A stretch of DNA of 64,000 nt from Marsupella aquatica (Eukaryota; Plantae; Marchantiophyta), in contig OZ316894.1 of assembly GCA_973895155.1 (NCBI GenBank), positions 5,728,944 to 5,792,943 of the forward strand, given 5' to 3'. A model generated the notes under the pieces. The model was not told the origin of the DNA. It did not search any database and saw nothing but the letters and a program-made list of their open reading frames with translations. Below, in pieces: positions 37,701-50,900 of the stretch; position 1 is the stretch's first letter, and each line of letters opens with the position of its first letter. The translations under genes and the position numbers were made by a program.

Positions 37701-40557
37701 TCAATTCCTATTGCCTAGAATAAGCCTGATCGAAGTGCTTGACTGGGGTCCCTCCTGTTATAACATGAATGTTCCTGCAGGCTTACTTGCAACAGGAGCT
37801 CGAAAAGATGCAGGACTTGCAGGACATCCAGGAACTACAAGATTGGCAAGCAAGGAAGTCTGGAGGAGCCAATGTTAGTGCTAATGGATATACCATAGAT
37901 GAAGAAGCAATGAGTGTGGAAAGGGCTTCTGCACTCTGGGACTCTCTTCTTAATCATGCAGGTCTGGACTTCACTGTCAGCTCTTTTGAACTGTACCTGC
38001 TGTGCTTTTAGGTTTAAGACTATTCAAAATTTAAGTGTCGTGTTCTATATGCTTTTTCACTTTGTCAGTAGCTTCTTCCGGATAATCAACATGCTAGGCG
38101 GCACCTAATGCAATGTCTTTATGGAATGCAGAACAGCATGAGAAACTAGCGTCTGGACCAGTTGAGGATCTTATTTCTCATCGTGAGCACAGGTAATACA
38201 AAAACTTCATTCATAGCTGATATGTTCCTGTGTTTGGCCATACATGAAATCGAGCAGCGTTTCCTAAGGGTCCTAATCATTCCATGTTCGTTGCTTCTTT
38301 GTAGATATCGAATTGATGGATCTGCCTTGCGGACTGCAATAAATCGGGGTTCAAGTGTCGTTCGGGTGGACACTTCAGTAGAGGACATCAGTCAGCGATA
38401 TATAAATGAAGATGATGGTTTGCAAAGACCTGGCAGTAGTGATGGCAGGTTAGAAAGCTCAAGTAGTTCTGATAGAGATGTGATCGATGAGAATCGAGGC
38501 CGAGGCGATGAACGAACTGGTAAGTTGATGTCCCAACTGGATGTAGCTGAAATCATTCGGAGGTGGACTCATGCCTTACATCGACTACATAAGCAAGCTC
38601 TCCGCCTAGTAAGTCCCCAGTCCATGATTTATGGAGCTTGGTTCAAGATATGGTCTGTTTTTTTTAAAGGCAAATTTACTTGTGGTCAGCAGTTTTATTT
38701 GTGGTCAGCAGTGAGCTGGCTTGGATTATCATCTCATATTGTGACTTAGTTAGAAGTTCATTTAAGATCGAACAAGCAGCACGATCAATCACACTCAAAT
38801 GTAGCTGATTTTTTCTAACGACCCATCGCAAAATTTCTCTCGGTAGGTTTGGAATATATTTGTGTACGTTACCCTAATTGAAGATTGATGGGTGTTTGAA
38901 GGCCAGGGCAAACGATGGCGCTGGCCCTGACCTTCTGAAAGATGCAATGGGTGCCTCAGAGAATGGACATTCACAAGCAGTGCAGGCCACTGTCGCAGAG
39001 CATAGGCAGCACTTAGCAAACATGCAGGTGAGCAGCAACCGTCGTTATATGCTATCCACAACTGATGCCCTATTTTCGAGAGGGGTCTGTATTTGCCAGA
39101 ATTACTTATCACCTGCGTGTAATGTAGCTTTGTGACATGAAACGTTTTTTATTGACCTTGGTTTTTATCCACCCATATCAAACTCCACTTCTAAGAATTC
39201 CTTGATGGTGTTTGTTGTACGCCAGACACTTGTTACGCAACTCAAAGATTCTATGCCAGGCATGGAAGCTGCAGTTGTTGTACTTCGTGACCAAGTGAAC
39301 AGCTCTGATGTGGTCAGGGCGTGCCTTGATGCTCAGTCGGCCCTCTCTTCTCCTCTACCTCATGAAACTCGGCAACTGAAGAAGGTAAAATTTCCGTCAA
39401 ATTTCCGTGTGCTGGTAGTTTACGAGCTTGTTAATCATTTAAGCTTTAGGAGCGCTGTTGTTTAGTGTAACGCAGACGGGCGAGGTGATGTTTTTGTCTC
39501 AAGCTCTGTGATACATTCATGTTTTTCATCTCAGTCTTGAGTGGTGTATCTCTCAGGACGGTGAGGCACCCGTTGATGGCGATGAAATAATCTATGGACT
39601 GCGCCCACTGGAGCTTGTTCCCCCAAGTCCCGCGCTTAAATTGCCTCAACTATTGTCTACATCTCCTTCATCCTTGGAAAAGATAGCCCGGATGCAAAAG
39701 CGTTTTAACTCTTTCTCTCATATGTTCCCACTGGAGTCCTTGCGAGAAGAGGATGTACGATCAAGGGCGACTTCCATTGCAGAATCATTGTTTGAAGACG
39801 GATCTGGTATGGAAATGCAGTCATTTGAATATGCAATATTACCGTGACTTCAAATTTTCTGGGCTGATTTCTGGGTGTTTTGGGAGGATTCGCGAAATGT
39901 TCATTTTTAGTTTCCTTTCGGCTCTCCTGTCTGTTGATAAACTTTGTAGCTAATGCTCACTGTTATTTTCCATGTTGGACTAGCAGATGCAGGGGAAGAA
40001 TCAATCATGTCCCTGAGGCAGACGCTGAGGGAGGCTGCTCTTTCCCAACCTGCTCCCACTCCAGAAGTTTCAAATGAAAGGTCACATCCTGCTGTAGCTG
40101 AGCACTACTTTACACCAGTTGTTCAACCAAGCAACAACAAGATCTTTGAAGACAAGAAGGTCGATGTCGTATTTGGAAAACAAAGGAGTTACAGCACTCT
40201 TATTCCCAAGAGAAGTTTAAGTAGTCATCCAAGTATGGATATGTCATGGAATGCACCAGAGGACCTCAAGGGCAGCCCCAAGAAGGAATCAACCAAGATT
40301 AGAGACAGGCCATCTTCACCGCCTCTGTTAATGGATCTATCATCATTTGGTGATGCTTATGATGATTTGTTAGGTACGTGTTCTTCTCTGATATCTGCTA
40401 CCAAAACTTATGTGCTTGACGTCACATGTCTAGACTGGAGGACCATAAGAAAAATCCCTGTTTAATTGTAAATAGCTTCACGTCATCGGAAAGGATTTAG
40501 TTCGAATATCCTACATGTATAGATATGGTATCACATGCAGATACCATGTCGAGATGA
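34758..40557 (+). CDS. AUG6: AUGMIN subunit 6 (HAUS6 family); exons 34758-35036, 36224-36280, 36449-36543, 36953-37109, 37330-37455, 37781-37961, 38132-38192, 38305-38608, 38902-39027, 39226-39384, 39557-39806, 39984/39987-40373, provisional last exon 40541-40557
   Basis: The spliced product reproduces plant AUG6 blocks: [131 protein letters not shown]. All exon phases are consistent. The last exon is uncertain. Confidence 0.92.
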
Positions 40558-42302
40558 TGTGATCTGGACATGAAGGTCAAAATAGTTAGAGCGTAGAGTC
40601 ATGTGAGTCAGTTGTAACTCAGACATAAGGTTCGAACGTGACTTGTGAAAACCAAGAATGGAATCCTCAGAGCTTATCCTGGTGGGGAATGATTCTAAGA
40701 GGCTTGTGAAAACCAAGAGGATGACTCTTCGATACTAGTGCATGTCAAACTTCAGAGTTGTACCAGACATAGAAGTCCTGGGCACTCAGGCGAGCTTGAA
40801 AACATGTGTATACGTTCCCAAATGTACTCGCTAAATTGCCCTCAGATAAAGAGACGCATACAAGCAGTAAATATTTCGAAGTAATTAAGTGAATATGGAA
40901 ACACTGTGGTCGAACACTGAGCATTCCGTGCACTGGGTTTTGCAGCACCGATGTCAGAGTTGGACATGCTGAATTAGTGGATGATTCAGGCTTCATATTG
41001 ACACTTCCATGGCTTACGCTAGAATACATCTGCTGCGGGTGACTGAATATCTCCATTGTACATTGGTGGTTGAGACCAGCAAAGCAACATTGTCCAAGGA
41101 TACAGAGTGCATACATTTCCACTCCCTCTGCTGGAAGTGGTAGACGCTCAACTTTTGCTTGAAAGTACGTGCCCTGACATCATTGATCTACCACAAACGA
41201 ACATCAACGTTACAAGCTGAGCCTTCTCGGACGAGTCCGAGACTCTGAGAATTTTCTATAGTGCCAAAGGCCAGTGAGTCAAATGATAAGTTAGGTGTTG
41301 AGATCTGGAACCTGCTCTGTTCAACAGTTGTGCTGATGGAGCGAAGCCATCGGGAGTTGTGATTTTCTTGGAGTCGCTTTTGTTAGAGCAATTGTAGGTG
41401 CCAATTGGCAGTTTTGCACAATGCAGAATTTAGACTCGCAGATATATCCAACATTCCAGATGAGGTGGGTGTTTTGAAAACGGAAGTGCTTGGGTGGCTG
41501 TAAGAATTTTACGAAGGTTTGGAGGTTCAGATCTACTTTTGGAGCTGAGTTGTGCCCTTTGAACGGCAGGATATCAGAATCATGCACTTGGTGTGTTTCC
41601 AGTCCTGCGCAAAGTCTATTGACTCATGGAAGGCATCAAGTGCAAGGGCCAATACAGACCCAAGACAATGTGTTCGTTGTGCAGCCCTTTCGTGCGCATG
41701 CAAGCAAAGAGAGGATTATATCACTTTGGTAAGTTTGATGGCAAGTCCTCATTACCGGTTGTTACAAAGTGTATAGCCTAGAAGATTTTTAGATGTAATA
41801 TATTCTGTAGGATCTTTTCGGCATGTCCATACAGTGTTGGAAGTCTTGAGATCAGATGTGAAACATCTGTCAAGTCAATCCATATTTTATTTATTGAGAT
41901 GAAAAAGTGGCTTCACTCTTGTTGAACGCAAGGCTCATCATTTGTTGGCATGCGAGTGGAGGCGTAGTTTAAAGAAGTGTCGTGTGCCAGAGGGTTATTA
42001 AGCTCCCTTCTGAGTCTGCCATTTAGCAGATATTTATTTCGAGAAGATCCAGGGTAATACTGTGAGATAGCCGAGTTTCTCGTGTCAGGTATGTGTGGAT
42101 ATTTTAACGTAATTTCTTGAGCCTGCAGAGGATTGCCTTACGTATGTAAAGCCGTCCATGGTAAATATTCCATTTATGTCTTTCGTCCTCCTGACTTTAT
42201 AGATAATAGCCTGACCCGGTCCTTCGGACATCAAATATTCCATTTGTGTATTTCTTCCTCCCAACTTTTTAGATACCAGCCTGACGCCCGTCACCTCATG
42301 CG

Positions 42303-42531
42303 ATGCTGTTAAACCACAAGTGCACCTGTAAAGAAGCTCTCATTATAAAGTGCACAGGTTCAGGAATGGGCTTGAGCTCCACAAAGGTGGTGAGTGCAAA
42401 ACCTTTCATTAGCAAATGCATGCTTTTTGACCACCAGTGCACCTATAAAGAGGCTCTCATTAGTGTACAGGTTCAGGAACGGGCTTGAGCTCCACAAAGG
42501 TGGTGAGTGCAAAACCTTTTACTAGCAAGTG
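42303..42531. repeat. ~115-bp tandem duplication
   Basis: atgct...accac.agtgcacct.taaaga.gctctcatta...caggttcaggaa.gggcttgagctccacaaaggtggtgagtgcaaaaccttt occurs twice. Confidence 0.88.
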
Positions 42532-45081
42532 CTTAGGGTGAGACTATTCACCACAGAAACGAGTTGTGAGGGAAGGAATGAGGCTTTTATAGGGGCAGGT
42601 GTGATGTAAGTAAAGGTGATTGAAAGTCTGTTACTTGTGAGTAACCTATTAGGCCTTCCAACTGTAGTCTTAAGTTCCATTGATAAGTTTACTTTATTTT
42701 AATCTTAGTTCTTCTACTTCTGATTTTAAACTCATTAAATTCCGGTATGTTCTTTTCACACGGAAGAATTCATATGGAATGTCCTCGCAATCAAGGACGT
42801 TTTTGTGTGAATGATTGTGCTGGACCTGTAGGAACCTACAGCAATCGGTGGAATATCATCACGTTGGACACCAGAGCAATAGCAGATGACTTTGGAGCTG
42901 CTGATCTCAAGAACTGCACTCCTGTTCGAGAGTTGCTAGCCAAAACTACCAAAACAACGAAGATGCTGGTTGTTGATAAGATTGATTTCACTGAGACACA
43001 TAACGAGCAACCAATTGAATCAGATCGCACCTCTTGACAGCAAGTATAATGGGGTGAACGTGTTGATTTGTTCATAGCAAATCTGAAGATTGCATGGTGG
43101 GAAAATTCCGATATTAGATTAGTTCCAGCTCTAGGGGCAATGAGCAATCACGTGAACCGGATGAAATGATCTTGACTGCAAGTATGGTGGGATGTGATAA
43201 GTGCGTATAAGTGTTGTTAAGTGTGCAGGATGCACTACGCACCTATAGGATAATGGTGAATATAAAGTCATTCATATGGTCATAAATTTCATATGGTCAT
43301 AAATTTCTGGAAGGTCCAAGGTCTGTACAATCATATTGTGTCTTACATGGCAGTATTCTTGTTTCTGGTCTGAGCATTTGTGGCAGGCATAAACTCAAAC
43401 CACCCTTAACATTTACCAATGGTTGCGTGTGGTTCGGCACTATGGTTATGCAGCATCTCGCATGCTTCCCCATATACAGGGGTCTACCTTAAAATGCAAT
43501 AGTGGTCTATCTTTGGACCAATATTATATATGTAAACCCCTTGGTTCAAAACATTTCTATGGGTGGTAATGAGCAATTACCCCCATGCCAGCCTGGCCTG
43601 GGGGTTATGAGTTTTTGGCCCCTTTTGGCCCCTGGGAGTCATCCAATTTTAGGTGCAATTTTCAGGTCAAAAATAGAGTAAAACTGCACTCAGGTTTTAC
43701 ACTTGTTAATCCCAGGGTTAATCCATGCCCCATAGGGGTTACATCCCATAACTTCCTTGGAGCCATAAGCCCTACTCATAAACCCTTGTGGATTTCTGTT
43801 TGTTAGTATGTGTAAGGTTTCCAAGCATTACCCTCCAGGTAAGTCCATGCAACCCCTGTGCCAGCCTGGCCTGGGGTTTCTAAAATTTAAATTAGAATAT
43901 GCAAGTGGTAGCCAGCTAGGCAGGCATAAAATGAATTAAATGTTTCAAAAATCTGGGAATTTATGCTTGGTGACTCATCTTCCCTTTGGTATAATGGGCT
44001 ATAGCCCCCTCATGCTCACCGTTCTCAAAAATTACATCCCATTAGCCCCTTATCTTATTATTCTAACTTTGCAAACATTAGTATAAAGTAACGTACCAAT
44101 GGAATCTTAACTTTCTAACTTTGCAAACATTAAAATAAAGTAAACTTATCAATGGAATTTGTGAGTCTGTTACTTGTGAGTAACCCCGGTAGATTCATGA
44201 AGATTGAAAGACATTATCTTGTCATTCTAATGTCATTCTTGAGGCCATGGGGTCATTGTAGCATGCCCAGGAACAACAAAAAATTAAATTTCCTCGCAGG
44301 AGAAAATTCTTTTTTCACATGACCCATAATTTTGCTATATCCAATTGCCTCACTAACAACAACCTGGTTGATAATATACATTTTGGGGACTCTCTTTTTG
44401 CTAGCCAACTCTCTAGCCAATTGGAGTCATAAAAGGACACAAAAAATATAAAAGACAGCAAAAAGCAAAAGAAATTTAGGAAATTTAAAACTACTGGTGT
44501 CTTGCTAACCACACTCTCATCTCTCACAAAACCAAATTTCCAGTTTGCTCACATTATATTGCTTCACATTATACAATAGCTCTAAATTTATATAACATAC
44601 TCATCCTGGAACATGCTTGAGTTTTTGTCTTGTAGTGATTTGAAAGTAAATAAAATATGAGAACATAACTAGAAAGATTGGTGCACAGTGACCAATGAAA
44701 AGTACACTCAAGGATACTACGATGTCTGCACTTAATTCAATCCACTCATGAATGACACTCATTTCAATAAAAACCATAAAGAATTAAGGAGAACTTAAGA
44801 CACAAACCATTTCTCTCATTCATGAAAATACTTTGTTCAGATGGTGGAACCTTTCATACATCTATGATAAATCACAAATATTAAAATTTATAAGGAGGCT
44901 GCCAAAATAAGTTCAAAATATTCTAGAATCCTAAAATTAAAGGGGTCCATGAATTAAATAAAAATGTATATTATACACAGGCTGCCCCTTGATAAGGCAC
45001 ATTGAAATAAAAATAAAAATATGACACCAAAACTCTGAAAAAGACAAGGATTCATCATTATAGCAGTTTCAAAAATTCAGT

Positions 45082-45396
45082 TCTAACTTTACTAGTGTAA
45101 TGGTTTCTGTAACTCGTCCTCTGCTCTCATTTCTGATTGCGTTGGAGTGACCAGAATCACTCTAACTTTACTAGTGTAATGGTTTCTGTAACTCGTACTC
45201 TGCTCTCATTTCTGATTGCGTTGGAGTGACCAGAATCTCTCTAACTTTACTAGTGTAATGGTTTCTGTAACTCGTACTCTGCTCTCATTTCTGATTGCGT
45301 TGGAGTGACCAGAATCACTCTAACTTTACTAGTGTAATGGTTTCTGTAACTCGTACTCTGCTCTCATTTCTGATTGCGTTGGAGTGACCAGAATCA
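45082..45396. repeat. 79-bp tandem repeat, 4 near-identical copies, directly upstream of CLPP2
   Basis: The unit tctaactttactagtgtaatggtttctgtaactcgtactctgctctcatttctgattgcgttggagtgaccagaatcac starts at 45082, 45161, 45240 and 45319. Confidence 0.97.
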
Positions 45397-45652
45397 GCAG
45401 AATCAGGGGTAATCAAGGTCCGTAGGTCTCGGAATCGTTGCTGCGTGGTGAACTGGTGAACTGCTCCGGAGATCCATTCAAGGATTCAAGGGAGATCGAT
45501 ACATGCTTGTGTCCACCGGTGGGGCGTTCGCTGACCTCTCATCCTCGTTGTTGATTGGGGTTTTCGCCCAATCCTTCGAAACGCGAAGGAAATCCGTTTG
45601 TGGGTCTTCGAATCATCGAACAGCCGTTTCCAGGTTGCGTGTTTTGGTCTGC

Positions 45653-46366
45653 ATGATGAGAGGAGCGAGCTTGGTCCCGTTTTCGCTATGGGCTTTGAGG
45701 TCTCGGAGTGTCGTGCGGCCTGGGTATGAGCGGCTCGGGCAACGGAGTTACAATTTGGTGCCTATGGTAATCGAGCACACTTCTCGAGGAGAGCGTGCTT
45801 ACGATATTTTCTCTCGCCTCCTGAAAGAGCGTATTGTGTGCATACATGGTCCAATTTCCGATGACACTGCATCGCTTGTTGTGGCTCAGCTTCTTTATCT
45901 TGAATCTGAACATCCTGAAAAGCCGATTTACCTCTACATCAACTCACCTGGAGGGGTGGTTACTTCCGGATTGGCAATTTATGACACAATGCAATACATC
46001 CGGAGTCCCGTGAACACGCTTTGTGTAGGGCAGGCGGCATCAATGGCTTCTTTGTTACTCGCTGCGGGCTCTCCGGGAGAAAGGCGGGCTTTGCCTAATG
46101 CTAGGGTTATGATCCATCAACCATCGGGAGGAGCAAGTGGACAAGCTAGCGATATTGCCATCCAGGCGCGGGAGATCCTAGATATGAGAATGCGGCTAAA
46201 CAAACTGTATGTACGTCATACAGGGAAAGACATTGAGACTATTGAACAGAGCATGGAGAGGGATCATTTCATGTCCCCAGATGAGGCCAAAGGGTTTGGT
46301 TTGATTGATGAAGTGATCGAGAGAAGGCCGGCGTCATTAGTTGCGGAGGGAGCAAGGGTTTCGTAA
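45653..46366 (+). CDS. CLPP2: ATP-dependent Clp protease proteolytic subunit, mitochondrial type (ClpP2); no intron in the CDS
   Basis: An Arg-rich presequence ends in [31 protein letters not shown]. The catalytic Ser (QAASMAS), His (MIHQP) and Asp (ERDHFM) are present. The frame is open back to an ATG at 45503. Confidence 0.95.
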   Translation: MMRGASLVPFSLWALRSRSVVRPGYERLGQRSYNLVPMVIEHTSRGERAYDIFSRLLKERIVCIHGPISDDTASLVVAQLLYLESEHPEKPIYLYINSPGGVVTSGLAIYDTMQYIRSPVNTLCVGQAASMASLLLAAGSPGERRALPNARVMIHQPSGGASGQASDIAIQAREILDMRMRLNKLYVRHTGKDIETIEQSMERDHFMSPDEAKGFGLIDEVIERRPASLVAEGARVS

Positions 46367-46911
46367 GGAAGTAATGATCTATTCAGAATTTTCCATTGTT
46401 TGTGCCCTTCTTATCAAATACAAGGCTTCTCCGTTGGGATTGTCCCTCCCAAATTTTAGCAGCTTCCTGTGACAGCCGGTTCAATTTGACCTACTGACCA
46501 TTGTCGGGTTTCCCTTAGGTCTGGGGAACGTGGATAAGTATCATGCAATAATATAATGGATGGCATTGCCCCCGGTCTTTCAACATGAAGAGCTGTGTTT
46601 ACTGTGTTTACGGCTTGCTCCTTTTGTCCTGAGGGTAGTTGTGACAAGCAGTCAATCACCAAATGTCTTTGTCCCCCTGAAATCATAGCGCGATTAGTAT
46701 TCCAATTCAACATATATATGGTTCCTGCTGAGAGATTCGATTGTGTCAGCTTCCAGAAAGTGTAGAGAGGGTTCTGGAATTATTGCCTGCGGATGCTGAG
46801 TTTGGGTCAATTTTGCAATAATGTTATTCATGGACTGCATTGTTTGCATTTGCAAATCCATAGTTATAAAACGTGGAGGTAGATAAACATACGCATCCAC
46901 ACGAAGGAGCT

Positions 46912-47915
46912 ATCATAGAATTCTGCGGTATGTATGCACTTTGAGTAAACAGGGAGAACCCAGCCGAGGAGGCAGTGGGCGAGGCAGGGAGGAAGGGAGT
47001 CAAGAAAGTATCATCTGGTTTCCTCCATTTCGACGGTTGTGGTGCCCGGGTGTTGTCCCGATACGTTGTGACAGACTTTTCTTGGCATCAAGGCCACCTT
47101 TTTTGGTATGGAGGATGCTTGTACTGCAATTGCTTGCCACTCAGTCTCTGTTCTTGGGCAAAACGTTGGAACGCAAGTGGGCCTCTTGAAGAATCCTTAT
47201 CCGCGCGTTGGGGAAGCACTGCTGCATTTGTTTCTGAGTGCTTCGCGTGGTCCTTCACTCTCTGCCAAGGCACTTACCCATATCTCCTTGGATAAGCTGA
47301 ATTAGTGGATGGTTCAGGCTTCAAATTGAGACATATCCATGGCTTACAGCTGGAATATACCTGTTGGTGGGGACTGAACATCTCTCCATTGTACATGGCC
47401 GGGTTCAGATCAGCAAGAAACAGTCCAAGGTTAGAGAGGCCATACATTTCCACTTCCTGTGATAGGACCGGGAGACGTGCCACTTTGCTCGAGAGGACGT
47501 GCCCATCATTGATCTATTACAAACGGATATCAAGGCTACAAACGGAGCCTGCAAGGACGAGTCCGAGCCTGAGAATTTTTATACAGTGCCAAGACCAGGA
47601 ATTGAAATGATATGTCAGGTGTTGAGGAGTGGAACATGCTTTGTTGAATAGTGTTACTGATTCCTGATGAACTGAAGCCACTGGAAGTTTTTATTTCTTG
47701 CAGTCACTTTTGTTAGAGAATTATAGGTGCCAATTGGCAGTCTTGCACATTGCAGAGTTTTGACTCGTAGATATATCCAACATCCCAGATACTGTGGTTA
47801 CGTCGTGCTTTTATGGCTGTAAGAATATTAACAAGGTTTGGAAGATTCGGACCGGTTGTCTGCGTTGTTGCATTCCCTCCCACAGAGGTTGAGGTCTACT
47901 TTCGAGCTGAGTTGT
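46912..47915 (+). pseudogene. Deletion-mosaic partial duplicate of the AUG6 locus (5' leader + exon 1 + downstream region)
   Basis: By-eye alignments: 46912-46950 to 34061-34099; 46950-47114 to 34350-34543; 47108-47285 to 34867-35052; 47290-47915 to 40961-41553. The copy has many substitutions and indels, and the AUG6 frame is broken. Confidence 0.88.
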
Positions 47916-50900
47916 CAATGAGACCACTTGCCAAAGAGTTATGGTCTAAAACATGTTTTGCATACTAATTATGTTCAGGTCTGAGATGTTCGAAACGTCA
48001 TGAGGGTTTACAAAGATGGATGCATTACGTCTGCAGCCGTCTGGTTGATTCGGGAGGGCAGATTATTGCTTTGCAATGACTATGTTCGGAAAACAAATTT
48101 GAATGAACTGTTTTTCCATTGTTGTCTGGCCTCCTTGACTTTTCATGAAACTTGTTTGACAGCACATTGACTAAATTCTTACAGCAAGCAACTTTTTTAT
48201 GGGTGAGGATATGTTGACTGTGTTTGTCACCGCTGTATGGATATATCTTTTCGAGCAATATGGTTATTCTCAACCTTAGGAAGAGTAGAAATGTAGTGGG
48301 AAGAAAGGTTTGAGAATTGAAAGGAGTGGGGCTGTTTCTTGACTACAATAACCTAATGAAGCCAGTGGTGTAAATGGGTATATTTTATAGGCAGCTAGAT
48401 TTTGGGTATTGGGTTTTCGTGGATTCAATCTAAGCTGGCCTTTAAGTGGTATACCCAGGGATACTCTCCCCCAACGTGCCACATTGGATTGGAGTGTTCA
48501 TGGGGATTGATTTAATTGGTATGTAAGCCAACAGGCCATACTCATTCCCAGGGAGTTTGCTAAAGGACTTTCTAATGTTGCCACACTGGATTCTGGCACC
48601 TGGCAGCAGTCATCTCCAGGGTGTTCGCTAGGGGTGTTCCAATTTTGCCACACTGGATTCTGTCACCCAGGAGCAGAAGGACTGGACAGTTCTTGTCAGC
48701 TCTGTACATGCTCTATGACGGATCTTAATGTGGAGACCATCAAATGTTAGCTACTTGGTCTTTGCCAAAGGTGGAAGTGTGGATCTGGCAGCTGATGGGA
48801 GAATCTGGCTACTACAATCGATCCTGGTACTTGGTAGTTCTCGTAATTATACATTCTCTCATACTGTTAACTTCCTTCTCAAGGTTCCTCCTTAGCCTGT
48901 TCATACAATGTTGAGCTCCTTATCAAGTTTCCTCTTTAGATTGTTCTTACGATGTTGGGCTCGCTCTCTTACCGCCCTCTGAGCCTTTACTCCCTGCCCT
49001 TCTTTACATTAAAATTGGGTCTTCGGCCTGCGTCGTCTTCTTCGGATTGTCATCCTCTTCTTCTTTTCCTTAGTTGTCGTCTTTGTCATTTTCTTCATCT
49101 CTGGCTCTCTCTTCTCCAACTCCTTTCTCTCCAACTTGGATGCCCAATTCACTTCTCCATCTTGCCTTGACTACTCCAATCTCTCCAGTTGTTGACTCTC
49201 TTCCTTAGTTCCAGAAGTTGTCTCCCTGGAACCAAAAATGTTGTGCACTACTTACAACACTAAGCAAATAGGCCACTAACAATAAAAGGGAAGTTTGGGC
49301 ATCCCTTCATATCAATGGTGTCCCTCACTCAGCCAAGCTTTCCATATCTGGATCCCTGGTAAGCAACTCCTCTTTCTACAAGGCAAGGTTTTAATTCCTT
49401 ATAATGGCTTTATATACAATTGACCATGTTAAGTTTCATTTTAATTTACCAAATCTTGTACATCTTAACTCAAGGAACAAAAGATTTAGCTTTTAAAAAA
49501 ACTGAAAATGTTTTGATGTGTAAAAACTTGATCATAACCAAATTATATGGGTTTTTTTAATACATGGGTCTACAACCAAACTAGCCAGCATTTTAGGTTT
49601 TTATAAAAAACACAGCAAGTCTAGGGAATAAGTTTTATCTTATGTGGAAAAAGAGTAAAACCAAACTTCATGATTATACAACTCAGAAAATTTTAAAGGT
49701 GGAAAACCCTGGTTTTTTATCAGATGTTCTTTTTTTCTTGTAGCCAACTTTTCAGTCCATATAAATATTTAAACCCCTGCCTATTCTACAAGAATTGCCT
49801 ACCCAAGATCTAGATGGGATAATTAGTCCCATCCAACATGACCTTTGCTAGTGACACCTGCCCAGGGGTAGCAAGGTGATACCTGCTGGTTCTATATTGC
49901 TACATACTGTATTATGCTCTTGTTCATCTGGCTTTGTTTTGCTGAAGGAAGGCTGCTATCCCCTCTCTCCTCAAGGTGTTCACTGTGTTCACTGTGTATG
50001 CAAGTGGCATCTTAACAACTACAGTGTGTCAAACATTGTGCATAAGCACTGGTTGGGAATATTGTAGGTCTCCCCCTTATGTGATGAACATAATTCTTGT
50101 CTGGAAGAAAGGTTCTTGGTGTGTAACCTTTTCTAATAGGTGCCACCATTTTCATAACCCTGTGCGCAGAAAGTCTTGCCTGGTAATCTTTTTCCCGGGC
50201 AGGTCTTACGTATGATAATGACTGTTTGGATTGAGGTTACTGTCTGAAACCTGTTCCCACAAAGCTCAGAGAAACTTCCCGGCTGCCGCCGGTCAACATT
50301 TCCTCACTTTCTGGTCACAGGGTTACAGACTAGTAACCCCAGACCAATCCGTCATTACCCTATACATTGAATCAGGTGACATTGTCACCTTGGTAATCTT
50401 GAAGCTAATCTTTGCCTCTTTTGCCGTGGTTAGATAGCAGTCAGACATTTGGACCAACCCATAAGACCTAGCCGATCAAAGATTGATTCATCGATGCTCT
50501 CGAGGATGCTCTTCAACATACTGCACCTCTTCTGCTGAGTTGCACAACAGCTTCCCCTTAATTGGTAGTAAGCACTCCCCTCTTGTTCCTGGCGGGAGGG
50601 CCTTGCTCTCGCCTTGACGATGCCATTATCTCAGTGTTTGCTTGATCTAGTTCCTGTTTGCCTATTGATTGTTTGGATTGATGCATTGGTTGGTCCTAGC
50701 TTGCTGCGCCCATGTCTTCTCTTCCTTCTTAGATTTCTTCGTGCTGCTTGTGTAATTTGGTATGATCGTGGCAAAGGTGCACTGTACTAGGATTGCTTGT
50801 CCACAATGAGCTTCACCAATGCTCGCTCCTCTTCCTATACGCCTTTTTTGTAGCCATAATTTTACCTCTCAATCGTGCTCTTCATAGTACATCCTTGGGT

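Noticed and set aside
45082-45396. Possible CRISPR array
   Set aside because: The units are contiguous and near-identical with no unique spacers, the context is eukaryotic and there are no cas genes.
45503-46366. Bacterial contamination or plastid clpP1 insertion
   Set aside because: The N-terminal presequence and the [21 protein letters not shown] signature match nuclear mitochondrial ClpP2, and the flanks are nuclear-like.
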